Part shown: one piece after another, positions 47,172-58,467 of the stretch
Layout: each line of letters starts with the position of its first letter
Position numbering within the stretch: the stretch's first letter is position 1
Assembly: GCA_963694865.1 (NCBI GenBank)
Contig: CAVOFA010000001.1
Location: 755 to 64,754 of the forward strand
Source of the DNA: Gammaproteobacteria bacterium
Lineage (GTDB): Bacteria > Pseudomonadota > Gammaproteobacteria > Pseudomonadales > Pseudohongiellaceae
DNA: 64,000 nucleotides
Direction: 5' to 3'
Notes under the pieces: model-generated
The model's database searches: none
What the model saw: only the letters and a program-made list of their open reading frames with translations
What the model was told of the DNA's origin: nothing
Position numbers and translations under genes: made by a program

Positions 47172-47897
47172 CTAAATTTTGAATTGATCTCCAAGGTATA
47201 CCGCCCGCACCTTTTCGTTATTCAATATGGCCTCGGTGTCGCCTTCCGCGATTATCTGGCCCTCGCTAACGATGTAGGCTTTCTCACAGATATCCAGTGT
47301 TTCCCTGACATTGTGATCGGTGAGGAGAATGCCGATGTCCCGCGATTTGAGGTGCTGAATGATCTTCTTGATTTCACTGACAGAAATGGGGTCGACGCCA
47401 GCAAAGGGCTCATCGAGCAAGATAAATTTAGGATCCGTGGCAAGGGTGCGAGCGATTTCGGTGCGGCGTCGCTCGCCGCCGGAAAGGCTCATTCCCTTGT
47501 TCTTGCGGATATGTCTGATATTAAACTCGTCGAGCAAGGATTCCATCTTCTTGAGTCTTGCTGCAGCGCTCAGATCGTCTCGGGTTTCCAATATCGCCAG
47601 AATATTATCTTCGACACTAAGTGTGCGAAAAATGGATGAGTCCTGCGGTAAATAGGACAGGGCACAATTGGCTCTTTGGTGTATTGCAAGTCTGGTTAGA
47701 TTTTGGTCACCGCTGTGAATCTCGCCGCTGTCAGCCCTGATTAAGCCGAGAATCATGTAGAAGCAAGTGGTCTTGCCAGCACCATTAGGGCCCAATAGAC
47801 CAACAATCTCACCCTGATTAATACGCAGGGAGATATCGCGAACGACTTGACGACCTTTGAAGCTTTTTGCCAGGTGGGATGCGTGCAGAGTAGCCAT
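47172..47897 (-). CDS. lptB: LPS export ABC transporter ATPase
   Basis: 241 aa. Walker A is GPNGAGKTT, the signature is LSGGERRR and Walker B is ILLDEP. Confidence 0.95.
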   Translation of the reverse strand: MATLHASHLAKSFKGRQVVRDISLRINQGEIVGLLGPNGAGKTTCFYMILGLIRADSGEIHSGDQNLTRLAIHQRANCALSYLPQDSSIFRTLSVEDNILAILETRDDLSAAARLKKMESLLDEFNIRHIRKNKGMSLSGGERRRTEIARTLATDPKFILLDEPFAGVDPISVSEIKKIIQHLKSRDIGILLTDHNVRETLDICEKAYIVSEGQIIAEGDTEAILNNEKVRAVYLGDQFKI

Positions 47898-48406
47898 TAA
47901 TTCGCTGGACTACTCAGTACGCCGCTGCAAGGGCCCGTCGTTTCGAAAAGCTCGGTATCGGCGAAATACTTGATTGCAACGCAGTTTGTGGTGGTTCCGG
48001 GTTGGCGCAGACTGGCGTCGCCAACAAACTCAATGATGGTTTCAATGTTGCTGGTGTAATATATGGTTTCGCTGGCCCCGAGAACGAGATCTTCACTTGT
48101 ATCCAGTTGTTGCTGATAATGTGCGGGGCTGCCATTAACTGTTACTTTTAACAGTTCATCGGTAGTAAGGTTATATTCGAAAATCGCCTTGTCACCGGTA
48201 ATTTGCAAACTACCCCGTGTCACTATTACTTCCTGTTCCATAGTTACTATCCGGCTATTGCCTTGCTCTTGCATTTTTAAACCACCGACCGAAGTGTAGT
48301 TCACCGGTTGGTTTTTGTCCGACTCCAGAGCGAGGGTTGATGTGGAAACCAACCCACAAACAACAAAAATCCCGATCAGCTTAGACCTATTACAATGGAG
48401 CTTCAT
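47897..48406 (-). CDS. lptA: LPS transport periplasmic protein LptA
   Basis: 169 aa with a signal peptide and OstA-like beta-jellyroll sequence. It lies between lptC and lptB. Confidence 0.8.
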   Translation of the reverse strand: MKLHCNRSKLIGIFVVCGLVSTSTLALESDKNQPVNYTSVGGLKMQEQGNSRIVTMEQEVIVTRGSLQITGDKAIFEYNLTTDELLKVTVNGSPAHYQQQLDTSEDLVLGASETIYYTSNIETIIEFVGDASLRQPGTTTNCVAIKYFADTELFETTGPCSGVLSSPAN

Positions 48407-48974
48407 ATTTTCCTCTAATATCTGCTTTCAGAGTGATCACATCCTGACCCAAATCAGCAAACATGCCGACCCCGGTCTGTTCGATGTGCGCTGTGACTAT
48501 TTTAACTGCCGCTTCAGTTTCCAGCGAATTCCGGTCGGGGTTAACAGTAAGAAATTCCGTGGAAATGACCAATGTGTTACCCGCTTCACCCCGGCTATGA
48601 ACTTCAACATTTCCTGTCAAATCGATAGTTTGATCTGCGTTTCGTTGATTAGCTGAGCGCGCAGAGATTTTGCCGGAATCGGCGACTATATTCCAGCCGG
48701 ATTTTCCATCCTCATAGAGTCTGATGAATGGAGCATCGAACTCGGTAATATCATCGTTAAAATGAATTTGACGATCGGCCTGCAGGGTGTAACTGATACT
48801 GCCAGTTTCGTCGTAAAGCACCGAATTAATTCCCTCGGAATAGGCGTCGAAATCGAGACCAGTCGTCTGCAGGTTTATATCGGATTCAGTAGTAGTGGCG
48901 TCAAAGCTGCTAATCCCGATAAACAGGGCGGTAGCAATCAATCCTGGGATAAGAAGCATGGAGAGGCGTTGCAT
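48390..48974 (-). CDS. lptC: LPS export system protein LptC
   Basis: 194 aa with a single N-terminal TM. It lies upstream of and overlapping lptA. Confidence 0.75.
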   Translation of the reverse strand: MQRLSMLLIPGLIATALFIGISSFDATTTESDINLQTTGLDFDAYSEGINSVLYDETGSISYTLQADRQIHFNDDITEFDAPFIRLYEDGKSGWNIVADSGKISARSANQRNADQTIDLTGNVEVHSRGEAGNTLVISTEFLTVNPDRNSLETEAAVKIVTAHIEQTGVGMFADLGQDVITLKADIRGKYEAPL

Positions 48975-49104
48975 TTCGGAGGCTCCTTCGTTCTCTCAGA
49001 ATCAGCTGTTCTCTTGGCGACAGCTTATCACGGATTGCAAACATGAGTTGGGTGAGGGGCTAAGTGCTAATGGAAACGCAGTGCCGGGAGCCTGGCACGA
49101 GATC

Positions 49105-49644
49105 TTAGTCTGAGACGAAGGCTGCGTATTTATTCTGGGATTTTAGCAGGAAATCGCTAATCTCTCTTACCGCACCCATGCCGCCAGCCGCTTTGGTGAC
49201 GGCATCCGCCGCCGCAGTCAGTTCCGGGTGTCCCTGGGGCACGGAAAACCCGAGTCCGACGGTTTTAATTACGGGCAAGTCCGGCAAATCATCACCTACA
49301 TAGCAGATCTGTGCGCTATCAAGGCCTGTTGCTGTCATGATTTCAGCCAGCGCCTGCAATTTATCCTCACGGCCCTGGTAAAGTATTTCGATACCCAGAT
49401 CGTGTGCCCGTTTTTCCAGTAAGACAGACGTGCGTCCGGTTATAATTCCAACCTCTATGCCAACACTCATCAGCATTTTGATGCCATGACCATCGAGGGA
49501 ATGGAAGGCTTTGATTTCTTCACCCGAGTTGGAAAAATACAGGCGACCGTCAGTGAGTACACCATCGACATCAAGCAGAAGTAAACTTATGTTTTTAGCC
49601 GCCGCTGTAAGCGACTCCAGTTCAATATTTAATTTCATACTCAT
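49105..49644 (-). CDS. kdsC: KDO 8-phosphate phosphatase
   Basis: It has the HAD motif LLLLDVDGVLTDG and the block YVGDDLPD. The ORF opens at 49728, but MSMKLN (49644) avoids overlap with kdsD. Confidence 0.85.
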   Translation of the reverse strand: MSMKLNIELESLTAAAKNISLLLLDVDGVLTDGRLYFSNSGEEIKAFHSLDGHGIKMLMSVGIEVGIITGRTSVLLEKRAHDLGIEILYQGREDKLQALAEIMTATGLDSAQICYVGDDLPDLPVIKTVGLGFSVPQGHPELTAAADAVTKAAGGMGAVREISDFLLKSQNKYAAFVSD

Positions 49645-49663
49645 CTGAACTACTCCCGCACTC

Positions 49664-50629
49664 CTAAACCACGTTAGCCTGAAGCAGATCGTGCATCTTA
49701 ACGATGCCGGCAATAGTATTGTCATCATCTTTCACGATGAGCACATAGATATTTGACTCTTGCATGAGTCTCGCTGCTTCGGCGGCCAGGGCACCGGACG
49801 AGATGGATTTATATTTTGTAGACATCACATCTTCGATTTTTGTGCTTTGAATGTTTCTTCCAGAATCCAGTGTTCGCCGGAGGTCACCATCAGAAAACAC
49901 ACCAAGCAGATTACGGTTGTCATCGATAATCGTGGTAAGACCAAAGCCCTTTGTGCTCATCTCCAGCAAAGCGTCGCTCAGAGGGGTGCCAACACTGACG
50001 CTGGGAATGCTATCTCCATCATGCATCACGTCTTGCACCTTAACTAGCAAGCGTCGACCCAGCTTGCCGCCAGGATGTGAAATCTCGAAGTCATCACGGG
50101 TAAAGCCCCTAGCTTCCAATAATGCCATTGCCAAGGCGTCTCCGAGTACCAATGCAACCGTAGTACTGGATGTAGGAGCGAGACCCAAAGGGCAAGCTTC
50201 TGTGGCCACAGAGGCGTCAAGTCGTGCATCGGCGACAGTTGCGAGTTCGGAGTCGATGTCTCCGGTAAGGCAGATAAGAGTTATATTTTTTCGTCTTAAT
50301 ACAGGCAGCAGGGCTGTAATTTCTGCGGTCGCGCCGGAATTTGATATGGCCAGGACAACGTCGGTATCAGTAATCATGCCGATGTCACCATGACTTGCTT
50401 CTGCCGGGTGTACATACATTGCGGGAGTACCGGTACTGGCCAGGGTTGCAGCAATTTTTTTGCCGATGTGGCCGGATTTTCCCATGCCCGTCACCACGAC
50501 TCGGCCCTGGCATTTCAGAATCAATTCACAGGCGGTGTCGAATTCAACATCGATGCGCGTGAGTAATTCAGCCACTGCATTCTTCTCAATTTCGATGGTT
50601 CTGATTGCGCTGGCTACGTGGCGGCTCAT
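49664..50629 (-). CDS. kdsD: Arabinose-5-phosphate isomerase
   Basis: 321 aa with a SIS domain (VVTGMGKSGHIGKKIAATLASTGTP) plus tandem CBS domains. Confidence 0.9.
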   Translation of the reverse strand: MSRHVASAIRTIEIEKNAVAELLTRIDVEFDTACELILKCQGRVVVTGMGKSGHIGKKIAATLASTGTPAMYVHPAEASHGDIGMITDTDVVLAISNSGATAEITALLPVLRRKNITLICLTGDIDSELATVADARLDASVATEACPLGLAPTSSTTVALVLGDALAMALLEARGFTRDDFEISHPGGKLGRRLLVKVQDVMHDGDSIPSVSVGTPLSDALLEMSTKGFGLTTIIDDNRNLLGVFSDGDLRRTLDSGRNIQSTKIEDVMSTKYKSISSGALAAEAARLMQESNIYVLIVKDDDNTIAGIVKMHDLLQANVV

Positions 50630-50669
50630 GATGCTTGTTGCGGTCCCCTGAGTGAGAGCTTTGTGGTGA

Positions 50670-51623
50670 TTATACTTGTAGGAACATTACCGTAAACCAG
50701 ACACAGTAAATTGACAAGAAGGCAGCACCATATTTGCGCCCTATCATCTTGCCATTCTTTACCGCCCGATAACAGAAGAAGGTCATCAGCAGGGTTAGAA
50801 TCAAGACGGCTGTGTAATCTCGGGCCACCAGCGCAAATTCGACAGGCTCTGGAGCGATGAGGCCGGGAAAAGGCAGTACCACCAATAGATTTAGAATGTT
50901 TGATCCAACGATGTTGCCAATAGCAAGATCGTGGTGGCCTTTAAGAACACAAGTCACTGACGCGGCCAACTCGGGTAGGCTGGTGCCCAGAGCCACTACG
51001 GTAAGGCCGATTATCGCCGTAGAAACGCCAAGAGATTCGGCTATAGATGAGGCGGCCGCCACCAATGCTTCAGCGCTTAGCACTAACAAAGCCAGGCCGA
51101 GAATTAAATAGGCCGCGGCCTGCAGGTTTTTGACCGTCGTCATCTCGGGTTCCGTTATAGCAATGGCGGATCCTGTCCTTACTCTTTTCCTGAACAGCTT
51201 GTAGCCGAAGAAAGCGGTAATTGCAATGAGGATGAAAGCGTCGAAATATCCCAGGTAAAGATCGATGAGCAAGACGCCGGTAACAACTGTCACCAACAGC
51301 AACGCCGGGATTTCTTTGTGGATGAGGGTCTCGGGAGGCTTCAACGGACTGATGAGAGCAGCCACCGCAAGTGCGACTCCAATGTTGAAGAGATTCGAGC
51401 CCAGAGCGTTGCCTATTGCCAACTCCGGGGTGTTGTTCAGGGCGGCGACGGCGGAGGAGAAAATCTCAGGAGCCGAGGTGCCGAAGGCTACGATTGTGAG
51501 ACCGATCATTAGCTCAGACATCCCGAGATTTCGGGCAAGGCCAGAGGCTCCAAATACGAACTTGTCCGCTCCCCAGATCAAACCAATAAATCCGAGGACG
51601 ATAAAGGCCGTGTCAATCAGCAT
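50670..51623 (-). CDS. yrbG: Ca2+/Na+ antiporter family (YrbG-like)
   Basis: It has two alpha-repeats (GTSAPE and GTSLPELA). The likely start is MLIDTAF (51623), and the ORF opens at 51713. Confidence 0.8.
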   Translation of the reverse strand: MLIDTAFIVLGFIGLIWGADKFVFGASGLARNLGMSELMIGLTIVAFGTSAPEIFSSAVAALNNTPELAIGNALGSNLFNIGVALAVAALISPLKPPETLIHKEIPALLLVTVVTGVLLIDLYLGYFDAFILIAITAFFGYKLFRKRVRTGSAIAITEPEMTTVKNLQAAAYLILGLALLVLSAEALVAAASSIAESLGVSTAIIGLTVVALGTSLPELAASVTCVLKGHHDLAIGNIVGSNILNLLVVLPFPGLIAPEPVEFALVARDYTAVLILTLLMTFFCYRAVKNGKMIGRKYGAAFLSIYCVWFTVMFLQV

Positions 51624-51856
51624 AGGCGATGAAGTCTTAGTGCTTGCGAGGAAGCGAACAATTAGAAGGGTCTTTGTCGTGCTTTGCAAGTAATAATTTA
51701 TTGAACTGCCCATTTGATGTAAACTGGCTGCCTCGTGTCAGGGCTCAGTCCGCATTAAGGTCTCCTTACTTATAGTTAGTAATGATAGTTGGTAATGATT
51801 TATTTTACCGCCAGCGGCGATATGCTTCACGACAGACACAATTGAGAGATAAGCAG

Positions 51857-52456
51857 ATGAAATCACTAAAGAAAACCGCATTAACCTGGGCTTTGGTACT
51901 GACCTTGCCAGGGTTGGTGTATGGGCAGGCACTGTCAGCGGTGCAAACCGCAGAGTTAGGCGTCGAGGCGCTGCTGCAGTCAGTGTCCCAAACCAAGCAC
52001 TTATTTTTAAGTGACCGGGATCAGTATTTCTCTGAAATAGAACAGGTGCTGTCCAGCTTTGTTGATTTTAACGCCGTCGCCACGGTGGTCATGTCGCGTT
52101 ATGCCAGCGCAGCCACGGTAGAGCAAACACAGCACTTCGCGGATATTCTCAAAACTACTTTGACGCGTTTCTATGGCGCCGCGCTGGTTTCCTATAACGG
52201 CGAAGGCCTGGTGTTTCTGCCGCCCGGCAATCCGGCTACCGATCCTCGTGCCGATACCGTGGTTGGCATGGAGTTGCAAGGCGACACTAATCTTAGTTTG
52301 CAGTACCAGATGTTTCTCAATGATAATGATGAGTGGAAATTGAAAAATATCAGCCTGGCCGGAATTAATCTGGGTCGTCAGTACTTTACACAATTTTCCG
52401 CGTTGATGTCTCAGCATGATAACGATATTAATTCGGTTTTGGATAACTGGAAGTAG
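51857..52456 (+). CDS. mlaC: MlaC/Ttg2D-family phospholipid-binding periplasmic protein
   Basis: It has a signal peptide (MKSLKKTALTWALVLTLPGLVYG) and a family-like core (FVDFNAVATVVMSRY...WKLKNISLAGINLG). The ORF opens at 51782. Confidence 0.75.
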   Translation: MKSLKKTALTWALVLTLPGLVYGQALSAVQTAELGVEALLQSVSQTKHLFLSDRDQYFSEIEQVLSSFVDFNAVATVVMSRYASAATVEQTQHFADILKTTLTRFYGAALVSYNGEGLVFLPPGNPATDPRADTVVGMELQGDTNLSLQYQMFLNDNDEWKLKNISLAGINLGRQYFTQFSALMSQHDNDINSVLDNWK

Positions 52457-52470
52457 TTCGGGGTTCTGGA

Positions 52471-52707
52471 TTGGAAACTGATCAGATAAGACAGGTGCTC
52501 ATTGCCGAATTGCCGGACTGTGAGATCAGCGTCGAGGGTGGTGATGGCAAGTACCTGGTGACGGCCGTGGGGGAGGTGTTCGAGGGCCTGAATGCAGTGA
52601 AGCGGCAGCAGGCGGTCTATCGAATTCTCAATGAATATATTTCCAGTGGAGCTATCCACGCAGTCACCATGCGCTTGACGACCGCTGCAGAGCGTGGCGC
52701 CTCGTAA
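52471..52707 (+). CDS. ibaG: BolA-family protein IbaG
   Basis: 78 aa with a TTG start. It has KRQQAVYRIL and lies immediately upstream of murA, as in E. coli and Pseudomonas. Confidence 0.8.
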   Translation: METDQIRQVLIAELPDCEISVEGGDGKYLVTAVGEVFEGLNAVKRQQAVYRILNEYISSGAIHAVTMRLTTAAERGAS

Positions 52708-53976
<1,269 letters not shown>

Positions 53977-54025
53977 CACGTCGATGCTTGCCGGCAGAGC
54001 AGCCGGTCAAAGGCCCCCACGAACA

Positions 54026-54664
54026 ATGAAATCATCTCAACTTGTTATTGCCCTAACGAAAGGACGAATTCTGGAAGAAGTGCTGCCGCTATTTGAGCAG
54101 GCTGGCATCACGCCCGCTGAAAACATTTTCGCAAGTCGCAAATTGATCTTTGATACCAATATGGAGAATGTAAGGTTGATGGTCATACGCGGTTCCGACG
54201 TGCCTACTTATGTTGAATTCGGTAGCGCAGATATTGGCGTTGTAGGAAAAGACTTGCTGCTTGAATACGGTGGCGAAGAGTTTTACGAACCGCTGGACCT
54301 GAAGATTGCAGCCTGTCGTTTAATGACTGCCGAGCCTATCGGGGCGCAATTCGGTGCCGGCAGATTGAAAGTGGCTACCAAATTCACCAATATCGCCAAA
54401 CAATACTTTGCCGAGCAGGGCAAGCAAATAGAACTTATCAAGTTAAATGGCGCTCTGGAGTTAGCACCGTCGATGGGGCTGGCTGATTGTATAGTCGATA
54501 TTGTGGACACCGGCAAGACTCTCACAGCAAATGGGCTTGAGCCCCGAGCATTGATCGCCGATGTCAGTTCGCGGATAATCGTCAATAAGGCCTCGATGAA
54601 AATTAAGAACGGCATCATTCGAGACATTCTGGACAAATTACGTGCTGCCGTGGATGCCAGCTAA
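54026..54664 (+). CDS. hisG: ATP phosphoribosyltransferase, short form
   Basis: The likely start is [16 protein letters not shown] (54026), and the ORF opens at 53984. At about 212 aa this is the HisZ-dependent short type. Confidence 0.9.
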   Translation: MKSSQLVIALTKGRILEEVLPLFEQAGITPAENIFASRKLIFDTNMENVRLMVIRGSDVPTYVEFGSADIGVVGKDLLLEYGGEEFYEPLDLKIAACRLMTAEPIGAQFGAGRLKVATKFTNIAKQYFAEQGKQIELIKLNGALELAPSMGLADCIVDIVDTGKTLTANGLEPRALIADVSSRIIVNKASMKIKNGIIRDILDKLRAAVDAS

Positions 54665-54729
54665 AAGCTGCGGCTTAATCCTGTCTTTTGACAACAGTTT
54701 GAAACTAGTAACTTCTACTCAGTAATAAT

Positions 54730-56064
54730 ATGAATTCCAAAATATCGAAAATTACTCGACTTGTGGCTGCAGATTCGGATTTTTCTGAGCAGCTGCAGCG
54801 CATGCTGCGCCGGGAAATGCTGGTGGCAGAAGAGGTAACAAGAACCGTCGACGCTATTCTTAAGGACGTGCGGACCAGAGGCGATCAAGCGGTGCTTGAC
54901 TACACCCGGGAATTTGATGGTTTCAAAGCCAGCGCCATGGAAGCTTTGTGTGTCAATCGGGCGCAGATGCAGACATCTCTGGATAACTTGCCCGATCGGC
55001 AACGACAAGCACTGGAGCATGCGGCGCAAAGAATTCGCAGTTACCATGAAAGACAGAAACAGGAATCCTGGCAATATCAGGAAGCCGATGGTTCTATCTA
55101 CGGACAAAAAATTAGCCCGCTGGAGCGAGTGGGAGTGTATGTGCCTGGTGGCAAGGCGAACTACCCCTCTTCAGTGCTCATGCTGGCGATACCTGCGACC
55201 GTGGCCGGTGTTAAGGAAATTATTGCGACGGTGCCTACTGCCTATGGCCCCGAAGGAGATTTGATTTTCGCGGCGGCCGCGCTGGCGGGTGTAGATAAAA
55301 TATTTACCATCGGTGGTGCCCAAGCAATCGCCGCCCTTGCCTACGGCACCGAATCGATACCCCGGGTTGACAAGATCACCGGTCCCGGCAATCTATTCGT
55401 GACGGTTGCCAAGAAACAAGTTTTTGGCGAGGTGGGAATAGATATGATTGCCGGCCCGTCTGAGCTAACAATTATTTGTGACGGTAGCTCGGACCCGGAT
55501 TGGATCGCTATGGATCTCTTTGCCCAGGCAGAACATGATGAGCAGGCTCAATCTATTTTGATTTCTAACAGTGCCGAATTTCTGGATCAGGTGATTGCCA
55601 GTATTTCGCGTTTGCTACCCGAGATGGAGAGAAAGTCCATCATTTGTGAATCACTGCAAAATCGGGGCGTTTTCATTCAGACAAAAGATCTGGAGGCTGC
55701 AGCCGTAGTTAGCAATCTGATTGCACCGGAACATCTTGAATTGTGCGTGCGAGACAGCGAACAGCTGCTTCCCTTAATCGATCACGCAGGGGCAATATTT
55801 ATTGGCAATTACAGTGCGGAAGCGTTGGGTGATTACTGTGCCGGTCCCAGCCATGTACTGCCTACATCCGGTACTGCCAGATTCTTCTCGGTACTGGGTG
55901 TGTATGACTTTCAGAAACGCAGCTCGATCATCCATTGTTCGCCGGAGGGAGCTGGAGTGCTCGCGCCAGTTGCCGCTGAATTAGCACGCAATGAGGGGCT
56001 TCATGCCCATGCTCGCTCTGCGGAGTATCGTCTTAACGCGCTCAAGAAATCTGCATCCGACTGA
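54730..56064 (+). CDS. hisD: Histidinol dehydrogenase
   Basis: 444 aa. It has the blocks VPGG, AGPSE, QAEHD and LAPEHLEL. Confidence 0.95.
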   Translation: MNSKISKITRLVAADSDFSEQLQRMLRREMLVAEEVTRTVDAILKDVRTRGDQAVLDYTREFDGFKASAMEALCVNRAQMQTSLDNLPDRQRQALEHAAQRIRSYHERQKQESWQYQEADGSIYGQKISPLERVGVYVPGGKANYPSSVLMLAIPATVAGVKEIIATVPTAYGPEGDLIFAAAALAGVDKIFTIGGAQAIAALAYGTESIPRVDKITGPGNLFVTVAKKQVFGEVGIDMIAGPSELTIICDGSSDPDWIAMDLFAQAEHDEQAQSILISNSAEFLDQVIASISRLLPEMERKSIICESLQNRGVFIQTKDLEAAAVVSNLIAPEHLELCVRDSEQLLPLIDHAGAIFIGNYSAEALGDYCAGPSHVLPTSGTARFFSVLGVYDFQKRSSIIHCSPEGAGVLAPVAAELARNEGLHAHARSAEYRLNALKKSASD

Positions 56065-56087
56065 CGCTGGGATTACACAACATACGA

Positions 56088-56297
56088 AGACATGAATCTG
56101 GTGCTCGGTGCAGTGACCGTCGCCCGCAGGGCCGAATAATTGCTCCTGCATTTTCGGCATTTCCGCCATCCCTGGCGGTCAGACTGGCGTCGAGCCTACA
56201 GGGATACGACGCACATGGATGTGCTAGTGTCGCGGGAGGCAGGATGCCGGGAGCGACGTCACGGCGTGTCACGGAAGTGAGTACCAGATTCATGTCT
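56088..56297. repeat. ~210-bp inverted-repeat-bounded, highly self-complementary element (MITE/REP-like or structured RNA)
   Basis: The terminal arms are 56088-56106 (agacatgaatctggtgctc) and 56279-56297 (gagtaccagattcatgtct), giving 19 bp with one G-T. Pairing continues inward (gtgac-c-gtcgc at 56113-56123 with gcgacgtcac at 56253-56262). Internal hairpins lie at 56163-56178 (ccgcca-tccc-tggcgg) and 56211-56224. Confidence 0.55.
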
Positions 56298-56341
56298 ATC
56301 ACCGAATTAGGCTCAACTGGCTGAGTAACGATACTGCGTTA

Positions 56342-57466
56342 CTAGGGTTCTATTATGATCGCCTGCCCAAAGCCCAGGGTCGTGGGAAAATCGAAGGTTT
56401 GGCCGTCTCTGTAGACCTGCACGATGATGGTGTCGCCGGGTTTCTTGTTGCGCACTTCCAACATGATGTTTTCCCCATCTATCACCGGCGTTGCTTCTAC
56501 CCGGGTTATGACATCACCAGGCCTGATGCCAGCGCGCCTGGCGGCGCCGCCCTGGTCGACACTCTCCACCAGCATGCCTCTGATATGGTCAACGCCAAAG
56601 AAAATTTGACTGGATTGGGCGTTTAACGCCTCCCCGGTAAGCACGCCGAGATAGCCGGAGTTTCCCTGAATAGCCTGCTCCACCATGGCCTCCATAGAAT
56701 TTACTGCGATGCTCGCCGGTGTGGCAAAACCTATGCCTTCAAAGTTGCCAGATTCAGAAAAGATTGAGGAATTAATGCCGACAAGTTTGCCGTTGCGATT
56801 AACCAGAGCGCCACCGGAGTTGCCCGGATTAATTGCAGCATCGGTCTGAATAATTGACAGAGAAGTATCGGGGTTGTTCGTTAGCGCGCTGACAATGCCC
56901 TGGGATACAGATTGGCCTATATTCCTAGGGTAGCCAATAGCGAAAACCAGGTCACCCACTTCGAGTTCCTGTTCGTTGCCAATTTCAATAGGGGACAGGT
57001 CATCCATGTTGATATGTAATACGGCCAGGTCGTTTGCCTCGTCCCATGCAACCACAGTCGCAGGTGTTCTACGGCCATCGTTCAGGGTTACTTCGGTATC
57101 GAAGGCATTAAACAAAGTATCTACAACATGAAGGTTGGTGAGAATAAAACCTTGGTCACCAACGAGTACACCCGAGCCGAGGCTGAGTTTTTCGCCCAGA
57201 TACAAGTTTAGCCGGTCCTCGGATTCGCGTTCGATGGATTCCACGTTAACACTGGTAGCGTTAATGCTGACAACAGAGGGTGCGGCCATTTTGATAGCAT
57301 CGGCAAACGAAATCTGCGGGGGAGCAGGAGGTTGGTATTGCGGAATGCTCAGCCGTTGTTCGCTCAGAAGCTGTAGCTGTTGATATTGCAAAATAACCAG
57401 CGCGAGCAGAATGCCGGAGACCGTGGGCCAGCCCATAAATTGAAGAATTTTGGTGAAACGGGCCAT
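56342..57466 (-). CDS. S1C serine endoprotease with one PDZ domain (DegS/AlgW-like)
   Basis: It has an N-terminal TM, catalytic blocks (TNLHVV, DLAVL, GNSGGALVN) and a PDZ domain (ARRAGIRPGDVI). The likely start is MARFTK (57466), and the ORF opens at 57523. Confidence 0.85.
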   Translation of the reverse strand: MARFTKILQFMGWPTVSGILLALVILQYQQLQLLSEQRLSIPQYQPPAPPQISFADAIKMAAPSVVSINATSVNVESIERESEDRLNLYLGEKLSLGSGVLVGDQGFILTNLHVVDTLFNAFDTEVTLNDGRRTPATVVAWDEANDLAVLHINMDDLSPIEIGNEQELEVGDLVFAIGYPRNIGQSVSQGIVSALTNNPDTSLSIIQTDAAINPGNSGGALVNRNGKLVGINSSIFSESGNFEGIGFATPASIAVNSMEAMVEQAIQGNSGYLGVLTGEALNAQSSQIFFGVDHIRGMLVESVDQGGAARRAGIRPGDVITRVEATPVIDGENIMLEVRNKKPGDTIIVQVYRDGQTFDFPTTLGFGQAIIIEP

Positions 57467-57551
57467 AGGTTTGCGCCTGATTTTGCAGCAGCAGCACTGT
57501 GTTATGATTTGCTGTTTAGCCAAATATACAGCGTTGTAGGGGCAGATTCCA

Positions 57552-58313
57552 ATGACAGTGAGCCTAAAAGCGATTGAGGCAGAGCTCAGGCAATTACTTA
57601 AGCCAGAGCAATTTGCTGACTATTGTCCAAATGGCTTGCAGGTTGAGGGTCGTCCGAACGTCAAAAAAATTGTCAGCGGTGTGACAGCGAGCCGCGAGTT
57701 GATTGCTGCTGCAAGCGCCGAGAAGGCCGATTTGCTGCTGGTGCATCACGGTTATTTCTGGCGTGGGGAAGATCAAACGATTACCGGACTGAAGAAGGCA
57801 CGCATCGAGATGCTGCTTGAAAACGGCATGAGCCTGGTGGCATATCACCTGCCTTTGGATGTGCACAGTGAACTGGGAAACAATGTACAACTGGCCAGGG
57901 TGCTGGGCTTTGAAATTCAAGCGGAGATGGGCAGGCAGAACAACCACCCAGTTGGCCTGATCGGATCTGTCAAACGTCCGCTGGGCGGTGTCGAATTTCA
58001 GCAATTATTAACCGATCGATTAGCCAGGGCGCCATTGCATATCCCGGGTGTGGCGGAGAAAATCTCCACGGTAGCCTGGTGTACTGGGGCCGCACAGAAT
58101 TACATAGAGCTGGCGGTGGCAGCGGGTGTGGATGCATACATCAGCGGTGAAGTATCCGAATCCACTGTGCATATTGCGCGGGAATCAGGGTTACATTTTT
58201 TTGCTGCGGGACATCATGCAACAGAAAAATATGGGGTGCAGGCGTTAGGCGATTATCTGGCTGACAAGTTCCCCCTGGTTCACCAGTTCATTGATATCGA
58301 TAATCCAGCCTAG
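57552..58313 (+). CDS. Nif3-family dinuclear metal centre protein (YbgI-like)
   Basis: 253 aa. It has the blocks DYCPNGLQVEG, LLLVHHGYFW, YHLPLD and GHHATE. Confidence 0.85.
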   Translation: MTVSLKAIEAELRQLLKPEQFADYCPNGLQVEGRPNVKKIVSGVTASRELIAAASAEKADLLLVHHGYFWRGEDQTITGLKKARIEMLLENGMSLVAYHLPLDVHSELGNNVQLARVLGFEIQAEMGRQNNHPVGLIGSVKRPLGGVEFQQLLTDRLARAPLHIPGVAEKISTVAWCTGAAQNYIELAVAAGVDAYISGEVSESTVHIARESGLHFFAAGHHATEKYGVQALGDYLADKFPLVHQFIDIDNPA

Positions 58314-58467
58314 CAGGCTGTTGAAAAACTTTCAGCCGGCACGATACCGCGTTAAAACCTGGCTTAAAATGCTCATTTACGGCGTGTAAACTCCGCTTTT
58401 TCGCCATATTTTGCCTTGTCTCGCACTCGCCTGAGAGCTTTTCAACAAGCTGCCAGGGCCGCTATTG

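Noticed and set aside
48975-49104. TGGCAC hexamer and GTGCC...GGCAC hairpin in the kdsC-lptC spacer as a possible sigma-54 promoter
   Set aside because: No TTGC-like -12 element lies at the right spacing on either strand. It is more likely a simple stem-loop between operon genes.
49645-49728. Long N-terminal extensions offered by the ORF track for kdsC (49728), yrbG (51713), mlaC (51782), hisG (53984), zapE (61995), the DegS-like protease (57523), acs (15742) and the PQQ dehydrogenase (3631)
   Set aside because: In each case an internal ATG yields the family-typical N-terminus or signal peptide and removes overlap with the neighbouring gene. The upstream extensions have atypical, Cys/Arg-rich or non-conserved sequence.
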